DNA of 64,000 nt from Allomuricauda sp. Lineage in GTDB: Bacteria > Bacteroidota > Bacteroidia > Flavobacteriales > Flavobacteriaceae. Each line of letters begins with the position of its first letter. Position 1 is the stretch's first letter. The notes beneath the pieces were generated by a model that worked only from the letters and a program-made list of their open reading frames with translations, searched no databases and was not told where the DNA came from. The stretch is from assembly GCA_041391945.1 (NCBI GenBank), contig JAWKNC010000001.1:189817-253816 (forward strand), given 5' to 3'. The position numbers and the translations under genes were made by a program. Shown here piece after piece: positions 18,186 through 29,300 of this stretch.

Positions 18186-19366
18186 TCTGTAGATTTTTTC
18201 TTTTTTTCAGCATCCTTATGGTATCGGGGCTGCAAGGGCAGGGGAATACCGAGGTGTATCTTTTTGACCTGAAGTTGAAAGACGGGAATCCGGTACTTTC
18301 CAATCCAAAGAACATCTCCAACAATGAGGGTTATGATAACCAGCCTTCCTTTTGGGATGATGATACCATTTTGTTCTCTTCCACCCGAGCGGACCAAACC
18401 GATATCTTGAGGTTCAATATCAATGAGGGAAGCACCTCCACTTGGATCACCAATACACCCACGGGAAGCGAATATTCCCCTCTCAAAATCCCTGGAAAAA
18501 ATGCCATCTCCTCCATCCGATTGGATTTGGATGGTTTGCAGCGCCTGTATGAATATGACATCACCAGTGGAAAATCCAAGCCCATCACCAATTTGAAGAT
18601 TGGCTATCACGTTTGGTACAACGACTATATTCTGGTCTCATCGGTCTTGGTGGAAAACCGATTGGATTTGGCAGTAAGCAACCTAAAGGATAATTCAAAC
18701 CATACTTTCCAAAAAAATGTGGGCCGCTCTCTGCACAAGATTCCTGGAACCAATCTTATCAGCTATATCAGCAAAGAGAACAAGAAATGGGAGATAAAAT
18801 CCTTAGATCCCATTTCTGGGGCTACCAAAAAAATTGCGGACACCTATCAGAATGAAGAGGATATCTGCTGGTTGGACAACACCACCATGTTGACCGGGGC
18901 CGGGAAGTCTCTTTTCATGTTCGATACAAAATCGGGTATTGATTGGGAACCAGTGATGCACTTTCAACAAGACGAAATCAACAATATCTCCCGGATAGCC
19001 ATCAATGGCAGTAAGACCCGCTTGGTCTTTGTGGCTGATGAATCGCCAAAAGTGATCGTGCAAAGACAGCTTGAAGCCTACAACGCAAGGGATATTGATG
19101 CCTTTATGGATACGTATGCCGAAAATATCAAACTTTACAACTATCCCAACGAGCTTTTTCAGGACAGCAAGGAAAAAATGAGGGCGCGGTATACATCGCA
19201 ATTTGAGAATACCCCCGACCTGCATTGCGAAATAAAAAACCGCATCGTGATCGGAAACAAGGTAATCGATGAGGAGTATGTAAGGATGAACGGGGTTTAT
19301 AGCAGTGCCGTGGCCATTTATGAAGTGGAAAACGGAAAGATTGTCAAGGTCACCTTTATAGATTGA
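18182..19366 (+). CDS. Secreted TolB-like beta-propeller protein with C-terminal SnoaL/NTF2-like domain
   Basis: Signal peptide; YDNQPSF/EYSP repeats; C-terminal VQRQLEAYNARDIDAFMDTY...AIYEVENGKI. Confidence 0.6.
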   Translation: MICRFFLFFSILMVSGLQGQGNTEVYLFDLKLKDGNPVLSNPKNISNNEGYDNQPSFWDDDTILFSSTRADQTDILRFNINEGSTSTWITNTPTGSEYSPLKIPGKNAISSIRLDLDGLQRLYEYDITSGKSKPITNLKIGYHVWYNDYILVSSVLVENRLDLAVSNLKDNSNHTFQKNVGRSLHKIPGTNLISYISKENKKWEIKSLDPISGATKKIADTYQNEEDICWLDNTTMLTGAGKSLFMFDTKSGIDWEPVMHFQQDEINNISRIAINGSKTRLVFVADESPKVIVQRQLEAYNARDIDAFMDTYAENIKLYNYPNELFQDSKEKMRARYTSQFENTPDLHCEIKNRIVIGNKVIDEEYVRMNGVYSSAVAIYEVENGKIVKVTFID

Positions 19367-19448
19367 CAGGTTCTATATTTCCTCCTTGGGGATTTGATTT
19401 TTATTTTAACCCTTTTTTCCTACTTTCATGGAATCTAATCCTATCAAT

Positions 19449-19952
19449 ATGAAAACCAAAGTCAACCTTGCCCTTTTGCTGCTCCTTTTTGTTGGCCTTT
19501 GTCAGGCCCAGACCGAATATGACAAACCGTTTATTTCGATCGGCGTCATTGTTTCCGATTTGGAGAAATCCATGGATTTCTACACCAATGTCCTTGGTAT
19601 GCAGGAAGCCGGGGGGTTCAGTGTCAATGAAGAATTTGGTCAAAAAACCGGGTTAACAGGGGGGATTCCTTTTGATGTGAAAGTTTTAAAACTTTATGAC
19701 GATCCCAACGCCACCGAATATAAGTTGATGTCCTTTGGGAATGAAAGCAAGGGTCCTGACAACCATATACAAGCCCAAAACGGGATACAATACATAACCC
19801 TTTTTCTGAAATCAACGGACGGCGTGCTCCAGCGATTAAAAGAAAACAATATAACCCCCCTAGGTGAAACGCCCATAGAACTTCCAGATGGGAAAACCTT
19901 TATTTTGGTACAGGATCCAGATGGAATTTTCATAGAACTTATCGGCAATTGA
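19449..19952 (+). CDS. Secreted VOC/glyoxalase family protein
   Basis: IGVIVSDLEKSMDFYTNVLG and VQDPDGIFIELI; signal peptide. Confidence 0.75.
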   Translation: MKTKVNLALLLLLFVGLCQAQTEYDKPFISIGVIVSDLEKSMDFYTNVLGMQEAGGFSVNEEFGQKTGLTGGIPFDVKVLKLYDDPNATEYKLMSFGNESKGPDNHIQAQNGIQYITLFLKSTDGVLQRLKENNITPLGETPIELPDGKTFILVQDPDGIFIELIGN

Positions 19953-19959
19953 ACAAAGC

Positions 19960-21294
19960 ATGAAAAAACCTTATATTTTCTTAGCTGCATTGGTCAGCAT
20001 TACCAGTTTATTTTCCCAAACGGATACCCGTTTGTATAAGATTATCGATGCTGTTTCGGCGGAGCGGATTGAAAAGGATGTCACCACCTTGGTGAATTTC
20101 GGGACCAGACATACCCTAAGCGATACCCTCTCCCAAACCCGTGGCATTGGAGCTGCAAGAAGGTGGATAAAATCAGAATTCGACAACATCTCATCGGATT
20201 GCAGTGATTGCTTGGAGGTGTTTTACCAAAAAGATTTGGTAAAGGAAGGTGACGGCAGCCGTATTGTCAAGGATGTCTGGGTGGTCAATGTGGTGGCCAT
20301 ACAACGGGGCACCAAATATCCCAACCGCTTTATCATCATGAGCGGCGATATTGACTCACGTGTAAGTGATCCCACCAACTTCACCTCTGATTCTCCAGGG
20401 GCCAATGACAACGCCAGTGGTATGGCTGGAACCTTGGAAGCCGCACGGGTGCTTTCCAAATACCGGTTTGAGAGCAGTATCATCTACGTGGGCCTTTCAG
20501 GAGAAGAACAGGGACTGTATGGAGGTAGAGGATTGGCAGCCTATGCCAAGGAAAAAGGTTGGGACATTGTGGGAATCCTCAATAATGATATGATTGGCAA
20601 TATAACCGGGGTTGACGGAGTGGTGAACAATCGCGATTTTCGGATTTTTTCAGAACCCGTGCCCCCTACCGAAACCGATGAGGAAAGGCAGGCCCGCCGA
20701 TTCTATGGTGGAGAGGTGGATGGGATTTCCCGCCAATTGGCACGATACGTGTACAAGACCACCAAGACCTATATGCCCGAGATGAATCCCATGCTCGTTT
20801 ATCGTTTGGATCGTTTTGGCCGTGGTGGACACCATAGGCCCTTCAACGATGCAGGTTTTGCAGGAATCCGTATCATGGAAGCCCATGAAAACTACACCCA
20901 GCAGCATCAGGACATCCGAATGGAGGATGGCATTGCTTACGGAGATGTACTGGAACATGTAAATTTTGGGTACGCCAAAAAATTGACGGCCGTCAACGCC
21001 ATCAATCTGGCATCCATCGCCTGGGCACCCCCTGCCCCGAAAACCGTGGAGATCGGGGGCATAGTGGAACCAGCCGCAAAACTGAGATGGAGCAAGGTGG
21101 ATGGGGCCGTGGGATACAAAATTTATTGGAGGGACACTACCTCGCCCACTTGGAACTACTACAAATATGTTGGCGATGTCACCGAGCAGACCTTGGAAGG
21201 CATTGTAATCGACAATTATTTCTTTGGGGTTGCCACAGTGGGCAAGGATGGCCATGAAAGCCCTGTGGTCTTTCCGAATAAAGTTTTTAGATAG
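19960..21294 (+). CDS. M28 family metallopeptidase with C-terminal FN3-like domain
   Basis: SGDIDSR, GANDNASG, GEEQGLYG, NNDMIG, GGHHRPFN. Confidence 0.85.
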   Translation: MKKPYIFLAALVSITSLFSQTDTRLYKIIDAVSAERIEKDVTTLVNFGTRHTLSDTLSQTRGIGAARRWIKSEFDNISSDCSDCLEVFYQKDLVKEGDGSRIVKDVWVVNVVAIQRGTKYPNRFIIMSGDIDSRVSDPTNFTSDSPGANDNASGMAGTLEAARVLSKYRFESSIIYVGLSGEEQGLYGGRGLAAYAKEKGWDIVGILNNDMIGNITGVDGVVNNRDFRIFSEPVPPTETDEERQARRFYGGEVDGISRQLARYVYKTTKTYMPEMNPMLVYRLDRFGRGGHHRPFNDAGFAGIRIMEAHENYTQQHQDIRMEDGIAYGDVLEHVNFGYAKKLTAVNAINLASIAWAPPAPKTVEIGGIVEPAAKLRWSKVDGAVGYKIYWRDTTSPTWNYYKYVGDVTEQTLEGIVIDNYFFGVATVGKDGHESPVVFPNKVFR

Positions 21295-21299
21295 TAATT

Positions 21300-21324
21300 T
21301 GTCACTTCAAGCGCAGTCGAGAAG
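21300..21324 (+). repeat. REP-like palindromic element, single intergenic copy
   Basis: tgtcacttcaagcgcagtcgagaag between the two peptidase genes. Confidence 0.8.
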
Positions 21325-21340
21325 TCATTAAGGTTTAAGT

Positions 21341-22954
21341 ATGAAGATTTTTTTTACAATAGCAGTATTTTTATTGGGTGTAAGTATTATATCTGCCCAA
21401 AACTTTACACGACAAGACACCCTTCGTGGGAGCATTACTCCAGAGCGTGTCTGGTGGGACCTCAATTATTATGACCTAAAGGTGAAGGTGAACCCCCAAG
21501 AGGAATTTATTTCTGGGAGCAACACCGTTCGTTACAAGGTCTTGGAGGCTTCCGATGTGCTCCAGCTTGATCTACAACCCCCCATGAAATTGGAATCGGT
21601 GAGCCAAGATGGCCAAAAGCTCAAAATTACCTCGGAAGGGGCTGCCCATTTTATCAAACTAAAGAAAGTACAGGTTCCCGGTGCTTATAATGAACTCATT
21701 GTGCACTATTCAGGGCATCCCAAAAAAGCGGTAAGGGCACCTTGGGATGGCGGTTTTTCATGGAAAAAGGATTCCGATGGAAACCCTTTTGTGGCCACAT
21801 CCTGTCAAGGCTTGGGTGCCAGTGTATGGTGGCCCAACAAAGATCATATGTATGACGAGGTGGACAGTATGCGTATCAGTGTGACCGTACCCAAAGACCT
21901 CATGGACGTTTCCAATGGCAAACTGGAAGGGGTGGACGACAATGGCAACCAAAAAACCTATCACTGGTTTGTGTCCAACCCCATCAACAATTATGGGGTC
22001 AACGTGAATATTGGAAACTATGTCCATTTTGGTGAAAAATACCAGGGAGAAAAAGGCCCTTTGAACATCGATTATTATGTGCTGCCGGAAAATCTGGAAA
22101 AAGCCAAGGAGCAGTTCAAACAAACCACGATGATGTTCGAGGCCCTGGAACATTGGTTTGGCCCCTACCCTTTTTACGAGGATGGTTTCAAATTGGTGGA
22201 GGTTCCCTATTTGGGGATGGAACACCAAAGTTCTGTAACCTACGGTAATGGATATGCCAACGGATATCTTGGCAGGGACCTTTCAGGATCGGGATGGGGT
22301 TTAAAGTTTGATTTTATCATCATCCATGAATCCGGCCATGAATGGTTTGCCAACAATATCACCTACAAGGATATTGCCGACATGTGGATCCATGAAGGGT
22401 TTACCGCCTATTCCGAAAATCTCTATTTGAATTATCATTATGGCCCCAAGGCAGCATCCGAATATGTCATCGGAACGAGGGCCAACATCCAGAACGACCG
22501 CCCCATCATTGGTCCCTATAACGTTAACAAAGGTGGCTCCGGGGATATGTACTACAAAGGTGCCAATATGCTCCACACACTGCGACAATTGATCGAGGAT
22601 GACGAGCTATGGCGACAGATTTTAAGGGGTCTCAATTCAGAGTTCTACCATCAAACCGTGACCACAAAACAAGTAGAGGATTACCTCAGCGAGAAGACCG
22701 GAAAAGACCTGTCCGCCTTCTTCAACCAATATTTACGTACCACTATGATTCCCAAGTTGGAGTACAAGTTGGAAGGAAATTCCATCACACATCGCTATGT
22801 GGATATCGTTGAAGACTTTGACATGCCCATCAGGGTCTTTGTGGATGGCCAGGAACAATGGTTGTTCCCTTCTTCAGAATGGAAAACAGAGGAACTCAAG
22901 GGAAATGAATTGGTTTTCGACAACAATTTTTACATCAAGACCCAAAAAATCTGA
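21341..22954 (+). CDS. M1 family aminopeptidase
   Basis: GMEHQS, HESGHEW, later HEGF (HExxH-18x-E), YYKGA. Confidence 0.9.
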   Translation: MKIFFTIAVFLLGVSIISAQNFTRQDTLRGSITPERVWWDLNYYDLKVKVNPQEEFISGSNTVRYKVLEASDVLQLDLQPPMKLESVSQDGQKLKITSEGAAHFIKLKKVQVPGAYNELIVHYSGHPKKAVRAPWDGGFSWKKDSDGNPFVATSCQGLGASVWWPNKDHMYDEVDSMRISVTVPKDLMDVSNGKLEGVDDNGNQKTYHWFVSNPINNYGVNVNIGNYVHFGEKYQGEKGPLNIDYYVLPENLEKAKEQFKQTTMMFEALEHWFGPYPFYEDGFKLVEVPYLGMEHQSSVTYGNGYANGYLGRDLSGSGWGLKFDFIIIHESGHEWFANNITYKDIADMWIHEGFTAYSENLYLNYHYGPKAASEYVIGTRANIQNDRPIIGPYNVNKGGSGDMYYKGANMLHTLRQLIEDDELWRQILRGLNSEFYHQTVTTKQVEDYLSEKTGKDLSAFFNQYLRTTMIPKLEYKLEGNSITHRYVDIVEDFDMPIRVFVDGQEQWLFPSSEWKTEELKGNELVFDNNFYIKTQKI

Positions 22955-22955
22955 T

Positions 22956-23534
22956 TTGGAAAAGTTCCCGGAACACTATTTTAAAAATGACCTCGAATGG
23001 CGCGAGTGGCTCCATGAAAATTACGACACTTCAGAGGGCATTCATCTCATTTTCTATAAAGTTGAACATGAAAAAGACAGTATGCGGTGGGAAGAAGCCG
23101 TACGCGTAGCACTTTGCTATGGATGGATAGACAGTACCGTCAAAAGCCTCGGCGATGGGAAGCGGAGGCAATATTTCTGCCCCAGAAAACCCAAGAGTGT
23201 TTGGAGCAAGGTCAACAAACAACACATCAAAGCGTTGAAATCCGACGGATTGATGCACAAAAGTGGGCTGGAAGCCATAAAGGTAGCCAAGCAAAACGGT
23301 TCATGGACCGAGTTGGATGATGTGGAGAACGGTGTAATGCCAGAAGATTTGCAAAAAGCATTCAACAGAAACAAAAAAGCCTTTGAAAACTTTCAAAACT
23401 TCGCTCCTGGACAGCGCAAGAGTTATCTGTATTGGTTGAACCAGGCCAAACGGGAAGAAACACGGCAAAAAAGAATCTCGGAAATAATGGAACTCTGCGC
23501 CAAAAACATAAAATACAGAAACACGGGCAGATGA
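22956..23534 (+). CDS. YdeI/OmpD-associated family protein
   Basis: EWREWL, EEAVRVALCYGWIDS, FCPRKPKSVWSKVNK, TRQKRI; probable TTG start 22956. Confidence 0.8.
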   Translation: MEKFPEHYFKNDLEWREWLHENYDTSEGIHLIFYKVEHEKDSMRWEEAVRVALCYGWIDSTVKSLGDGKRRQYFCPRKPKSVWSKVNKQHIKALKSDGLMHKSGLEAIKVAKQNGSWTELDDVENGVMPEDLQKAFNRNKKAFENFQNFAPGQRKSYLYWLNQAKREETRQKRISEIMELCAKNIKYRNTGR

Positions 23535-24955
23535 AAAGCGCACTTAAAAGCTTCGGCAGTCTTTTGACCCTTTTTCTTATGATGGCCTGCCAGAACAGGG
23601 AACCAAAGCAACCTGTAGAGCTTGCCATAACCAATGGAACCGTAATAGATCTGGTTTCGGGGAAATTGGAAATAAGGGACATCTATGTGGATAAGGGAAA
23701 AATCATTGCTGTCCAGAACACCGGTACAACAAACACTTTCCAAGCTGATACCACTATCGATGCCTCCGGAAAATACATCCTCCCCGGGTTTTGGGACAAC
23801 CACGTCCACCTCCGGGGTGGGGATTCGCTAATTGCCAACAACAAGAACTTTCTAAAACTCTTTATCGCCAACGGTATTACCACCGTCCGGGATGCTGGGG
23901 GCGATCTTACCCCCTGGGTATTGGAATGGAAAAGCCAAATTGCCACTGGCAATCTTCTGGGACCGACCATATTCACGGCCGGACCGAAAATCGATGGTCC
24001 CAATGCTACGTGGGCTGGGTCGCTTGTTGTAGACAATGAAGAGGACATTCCTGTGGCTTTGGATTCTCTCCAAAAGCTGAACGTGGATTTCGTAAAACTT
24101 TATGACAGCCGAATTTCCGGGGAGAATTACCTCAAAGTGATCAAAGAAGCAAAGGAAAGAGGGCTTACCGTTTCTGGGCACATGCCTTTTACCGTTACTT
24201 TGGATGAGACCGTGGATGCTGGGATTGATGCCATTGAACATTTGTATTACATCATGAAGGGATGCGCCGATAATGAGGTAGAAGTGACCCAAAAATTGAA
24301 AGCAGGGGAAATCGGATTTTGGCAGGCCATGCCATCGCTCATGCAAAGTTATTCGGACAGCCCAGCCCAGGAGACTTTCAAGAAGTTGAAGGAGAATGGG
24401 GTGTATGTGGTACCTACACTTCACATTGGCAAGGTTTTGAGTTATTTGGATGAAGTGGGCCATACCTCAGATCCTTATTTGGCTTATATGGGACATGGAA
24501 TCATCAAAACCTATGAAGGAAGGGTGCAAAGCGCATTGCGGGCATCCGAGGAAGCACGGAAGAACAGAAAGGAGTTGGATACCTTTTTTGGCCAATTGGC
24601 CAAATCGTTGAATACGGCGGGGGTGGAACTGTTGGCAGGATCGGATTGTGGTGCCTTCAATTCCTTTATCTATCCCGGAACTTCACTGCACCAAGAGTTA
24701 AAGGCAATGGTAGAGAATGGCATTCCACCTTTGGAGGCCCTGCAGACCTCAGCCTACAATGGCGCAAAATTTTTGGGTCAACTGGAAAATTACGGGACCA
24801 TTTCCGGTGGAAAAGTATCCGATTTGGTAATTTTAGAAGGCAATCCTTTGGAGAATATTGAAAATTCTTCAAAAATATATGCCGTTGTAAAGCAAGCCCA
24901 AGTATGGTCAAAAAGTAGGCTTCAAGAAATTTTAAACAGTGCCGTAATGGACTAA
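23531..24955 (+). CDS. Amidohydrolase family lipoprotein
   Basis: Lipobox-like MMAC; LPGFWDNHVH, GITTVRDAG, SGH, IEH, LLAGSD. Confidence 0.85.
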   Translation: MKSALKSFGSLLTLFLMMACQNREPKQPVELAITNGTVIDLVSGKLEIRDIYVDKGKIIAVQNTGTTNTFQADTTIDASGKYILPGFWDNHVHLRGGDSLIANNKNFLKLFIANGITTVRDAGGDLTPWVLEWKSQIATGNLLGPTIFTAGPKIDGPNATWAGSLVVDNEEDIPVALDSLQKLNVDFVKLYDSRISGENYLKVIKEAKERGLTVSGHMPFTVTLDETVDAGIDAIEHLYYIMKGCADNEVEVTQKLKAGEIGFWQAMPSLMQSYSDSPAQETFKKLKENGVYVVPTLHIGKVLSYLDEVGHTSDPYLAYMGHGIIKTYEGRVQSALRASEEARKNRKELDTFFGQLAKSLNTAGVELLAGSDCGAFNSFIYPGTSLHQELKAMVENGIPPLEALQTSAYNGAKFLGQLENYGTISGGKVSDLVILEGNPLENIENSSKIYAVVKQAQVWSKSRLQEILNSAVMD

Positions 24956-24967
24956 ACACCTTTGGTC

Positions 24968-26257
24968 ATGTATCATAAAAACTTTTATTTCAAAAATATA
25001 CTTCATCCGAAATTTTGGCCGCTCCTTCTATTGATAACGCTGGCAATTCCAGTTCGTGCCCAACTTCTATTGGTGCCCGACCGTGTTTTTGACGGCGAAC
25101 AGGTACATTCAAACTGGGTTGTTTTGGTAACCGAAAATCGGATCACTTATGCAGGACCAATTTCCAATCTCAAAAATTCAAGTTCGTATACAAAACAGGA
25201 ATTAAACGGAACGACCCTCATGCCCGGGATCATTGAAGGGCATTCCCATATTTTGTTGCATCCTTATAATGAAACGGAATGGAACGATCAGGTTCTCAAG
25301 GAATCTCCAACGGAAAGGGCCATTAGAGGAGTGGTACATGCCAAAAATTCCCTTTGGGCCGGTGTCACCAGCATGCGCGACCTAGGCTCAGAAGGTGCCG
25401 GTTACACCGATGTATACCTAAAAAAGACCATTGAGGATGGCATTATCCCGGGACCCCGATTATGGGTGGCCGGACCCGCCATAGTGGCCACTGGGGCCTA
25501 TGGTCCAAAGGGCTTTCACGATGGCGTTACCGTGCCTCTTGGGGCAAAACCGATAAGCGGCAAGGACGAAGCCATCAAAGAGGTCCGTACACAGTTGGGA
25601 CAGGGAGCGGATCTCATCAAGATTTACGCTGACTACCGTTGGAGACCAGGTGAATCTTCCCAACCTACTTTTTTACAGGAAGAAATCGATGCCATGGTAG
25701 CGGCAGCAACCACGGCCGGACGCTACGTAGTGGCCCATGCCAGCACTCCCGAAGGTATGAAACGTGCCATTTTGGGTGGTGTGGAAACCATTGAACATGG
25801 GGATGACGGAACTTTGGAAGTCTTCAAATTGATGAAAGAAAAAAATGTTGCCCTATGCCCTACCCTTGCCGCAGGTGATGCCACAGAGCAATACAAAGGC
25901 TGGAAGAAGGGGGAAGAGCCCGATACCGACCGAATCTCCAATAAGAAGAAATCCTTCAAATTGGCCTTGGAATCGGGGGTGGATATTGTATTTGGTGGCG
26001 ACGTTGGGGTCTTTACCCATGGAGAAAACTATAGGGAAATGGAATTAATGGTGGAGTATGGAATGAAGCCCTTGGAAGTCCTGAAATCGGCCACCTCCAC
26101 CAATGCCCGAATATTGCATTTGGATGGTTTGGGGAGAATTCAAAAGGGGTATTTGGCCGATATCATTGCAATTGAGGGAAATCCCACTGAAACTATAGCA
26201 CAGATGAGGCAGGTACGATTTGTAATGAAGGATGGTGTGGTATACAGAAATGAATAA
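24968..26257 (+). CDS. Amidohydrolase family protein (Xaa-Pro dipeptidase-like subgroup)
   Basis: MPGIIEGHSH, GADLIKIYA, VVAHA, TIEHG, FGGDVG, GYLADIIA. Confidence 0.85.
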   Translation: MYHKNFYFKNILHPKFWPLLLLITLAIPVRAQLLLVPDRVFDGEQVHSNWVVLVTENRITYAGPISNLKNSSSYTKQELNGTTLMPGIIEGHSHILLHPYNETEWNDQVLKESPTERAIRGVVHAKNSLWAGVTSMRDLGSEGAGYTDVYLKKTIEDGIIPGPRLWVAGPAIVATGAYGPKGFHDGVTVPLGAKPISGKDEAIKEVRTQLGQGADLIKIYADYRWRPGESSQPTFLQEEIDAMVAAATTAGRYVVAHASTPEGMKRAILGGVETIEHGDDGTLEVFKLMKEKNVALCPTLAAGDATEQYKGWKKGEEPDTDRISNKKKSFKLALESGVDIVFGGDVGVFTHGENYREMELMVEYGMKPLEVLKSATSTNARILHLDGLGRIQKGYLADIIAIEGNPTETIAQMRQVRFVMKDGVVYRNE

Positions 26258-26361
26258 AACCGTCCCATTCAACAAGCGTGCTTAGAAAGGTCAGTTAACA
26301 TCCTTTTAAGAAATTGGAGTTGGGTTTTTGGTATCTTTAGGCGACTAATTAACTTCCAAAA

Positions 26362-29300
26362 ATGAAAAAGCCTCTACTCCTGTTGATGCTCCTTGCATCC
26401 ATTACCCTTTTTTCCCAAGAATTTTCCATGGATTTGGTCCAGGACATGAAACCGCGAAATATTGGCCCTGCCGGGATGAGCGGACGTGTCACGGCCCTTG
26501 ATGTGGTCCATTCCAACCCTGATATCATGTATGTGGGAACCGCTTCCGGGGGGTTATGGAAATCCACATCCGGGGGTATCAAATGGGAACCCATTTTTGA
26601 TAAGGAAGTCACAGCATCCATTGGTGCCGTGGCCATTCAACAATCCAACCCCTCCGTAGTATGGGTGGGGACGGGAGAAGGGAACCCTCGGAACAGTTTA
26701 AATGGCGGTTATGGCATTTACAAATCATTGGATGGTGGTAAAACCTGGAAATCCATGGGGTTGGAAAAAACCAGGCACATCCACCGGGTCATCATTGATC
26801 CCACCGATCCCAACGTGGTCTATGTCGGTGCCATTGGGTCTCCTTGGGGCGAACACCCAGAGCGTGGGGTCTTCAAAACCAAGGACGGGGGCAAAACCTG
26901 GGAAAAAATCCTTTTTGCCAACAACAGGACAGGAGTGGCCGATTTGGTCATGGATCCCACCAATCCCAACAAACTCATCGCGGCCTTGTGGGAACACAAA
27001 CGTGAACCATGGTTCTTTAAATCAGGAGGCGAAGGCAGCGGTCTCCACATTACCTATGACGGTGGGGAAACCTGGAAAAAAATCACCGATGAGGATGGTT
27101 TGCCCGAAGGCGAATTGGGAAGAATCGGCATTGCCATCGCCAAAAACAAGCCCAACATTGTGTACGCCTTGGTCGAGGCGAAAAAAAATGCACTCTACAG
27201 ATCCGATGATGGTGGGGTGAAATGGAAAAAAATCAACGACAAAAACGATATCGGCAACCGTCCTTTCTACTATTCTGAAATCTATGTGGATCCCGAAAAT
27301 GAAAATCGGGTGTATTCCATCTTTACCTACGTGAACGTTTCGGAAGATGGGGGAAAAAACTTTACCCAATTGATGCCTGCCTATCAGGCGGACAATGGTG
27401 TGCATCCCGATCACCACGCAAGGTGGATCCATCCAGATAACGGCCAGTTCATGATGGATGGAAACGATGGGGGCATGAACATCACCAAGGACGGTGGCAA
27501 AACCTGGCGCTTCATCGGCAATCTGCCCGTGGCACAATTTTACCATATAGCCACCGACAATGAGTACCCTTACAACGTTTATGGGGGTATGCAGGACAAT
27601 GGTTCTTGGAGGGGACCTGCCTACGTGTGGCGTAGCCAAGGTATCAGAAATAGTTATTGGCAGGAAATTGCCTTTGGCGATGGTTTTGACGTAGTTCCCG
27701 ATTTGGAGAACAGTCAATACGGATATGCCATGAGCCAGCAAGGTTTTGTAAGTCGTTATGATTGGAAGACCGGTAACAATTATATTGTCCGCCCTACCCC
27801 TCCCGATGCCACTACCCAACTTAGGTTCAACTGGAATGCGGGCATTGGTCAAGATCCCTTTGACCACAGCACAGTATATTTTGGAAGCCAGTTTGTGCAC
27901 AAATCCACAGACAAGGGATTGACCTGGGAAGTGATTTCCCCAGACCTAACCACCAACGACAAGGAAAAACAGAAACAGAGTGATAGCGGTGGGCTTACCA
28001 TGGATGCCACTGGGGCCGAAAACCACTGTACCGTCATTGTAATTGAACCTTCACCGGTTGAAAAAGATATGCTTTGGGTGGGAACTGATGACGGAAGGGT
28101 CCATTTTACCCAAAATGGAGGGGCATCGTGGGTTGAAGTAACCGCCAATATCAAAGGATTGCCGAAGGGCAGTTGGATTCCCCAAATCAGGGCATCCAAG
28201 ACCAATAAGGGAGAAGCGCTTTTGATCGCCAACGACTATAGAAGGTTCAACTATGCACCCTACGCCTACCGGACCACGGATTATGGCAAAACATGGACCC
28301 GCATTGTAGATCAAAATGATGTGAAGAGCTATGCACTATGCATTATCGAGGATACCGAAAATCCCAATCTCATGTTTTTGGGCACGGATGACGGGTTGTA
28401 CATTTCATTGGATGCAGGAAACAAATGGCAAAAATGGGACGAAGGATTTCCAACAGTTTCTACCAAGGATTTTGCCATTCATCCCAGGGAAAATGATTTG
28501 GTCATAGGTACATTTGGCCGGGCCGCATGGGTCTTGGACGACATCAGGCCACTACGTGCCCTTGCCGGCGACATGTCCATTCTTCAAAAGGATATCAGCC
28601 TGTTCAAAAGTCCCGATGCCTATTTGGCGGCCTATCAACAGCCTACAGGCAGCCGTTTTGGTGGCGATGCCGTGTACAATGCCGAAAACAGGAAACAAGG
28701 AGCCATGATAACCTACTATCTAAAGTCTGGAAGTGAGGTGAAAACTGATGATAGTGACGAAAAAGAAAAAGACGGAGAAGAAAAAGATAGTACAAATGTC
28801 AAGGATAGGGCGAAATCCAAAGATTCTGTTCTCTTTAATTTCTACGATGGGGATAGATTGATCAGGACCCTCAAGGAAAAAAAACCAAAAAAAGCCGGTT
28901 TCCATAGAATTTATTGGGGGCTGGATGAAAAAGGACCCGATACACCGGCACGGAATATCAGTAAGAATAAAAATGAAACCGGAGGTGTCAACGTTAAACC
29001 GGGAACCTACAAAATAGTGGTCCACTATGGGAATTTTACCGATTCCACCAACGTAACCATAAAAACTGATCCAAGGCTGCAAGTCTCCGCCGCTTCCATC
29101 AACGAGGTCTATGAAATGGGCAAAAAACTGGAAAATTATACCCAGATTGCCGCCGATGCCGTAAAACAATTGGTGGAAAGCAGGGATTTGGCCAATAAGT
29201 TCCAAAAAGAGCTGAAGGATCTGGACAAGGAGAAGTTCAAAGATCAAATCGAAGCTTCAAATAATACGATCAAGCAGATAGATTCCATTATTGCACGCTA

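Noticed and set aside
27421-27423. HHARW where I recall HHAWW in BNR-protein orthologues
   Set aside because: One base change at a position of unknown importance; cannot be told from drift or error.
28740-28830. Lys/Glu/Asp-rich low-complexity stretch in the BNR protein
   Set aside because: Looks like an ordinary variable linker; no DNA-level repeat unit.
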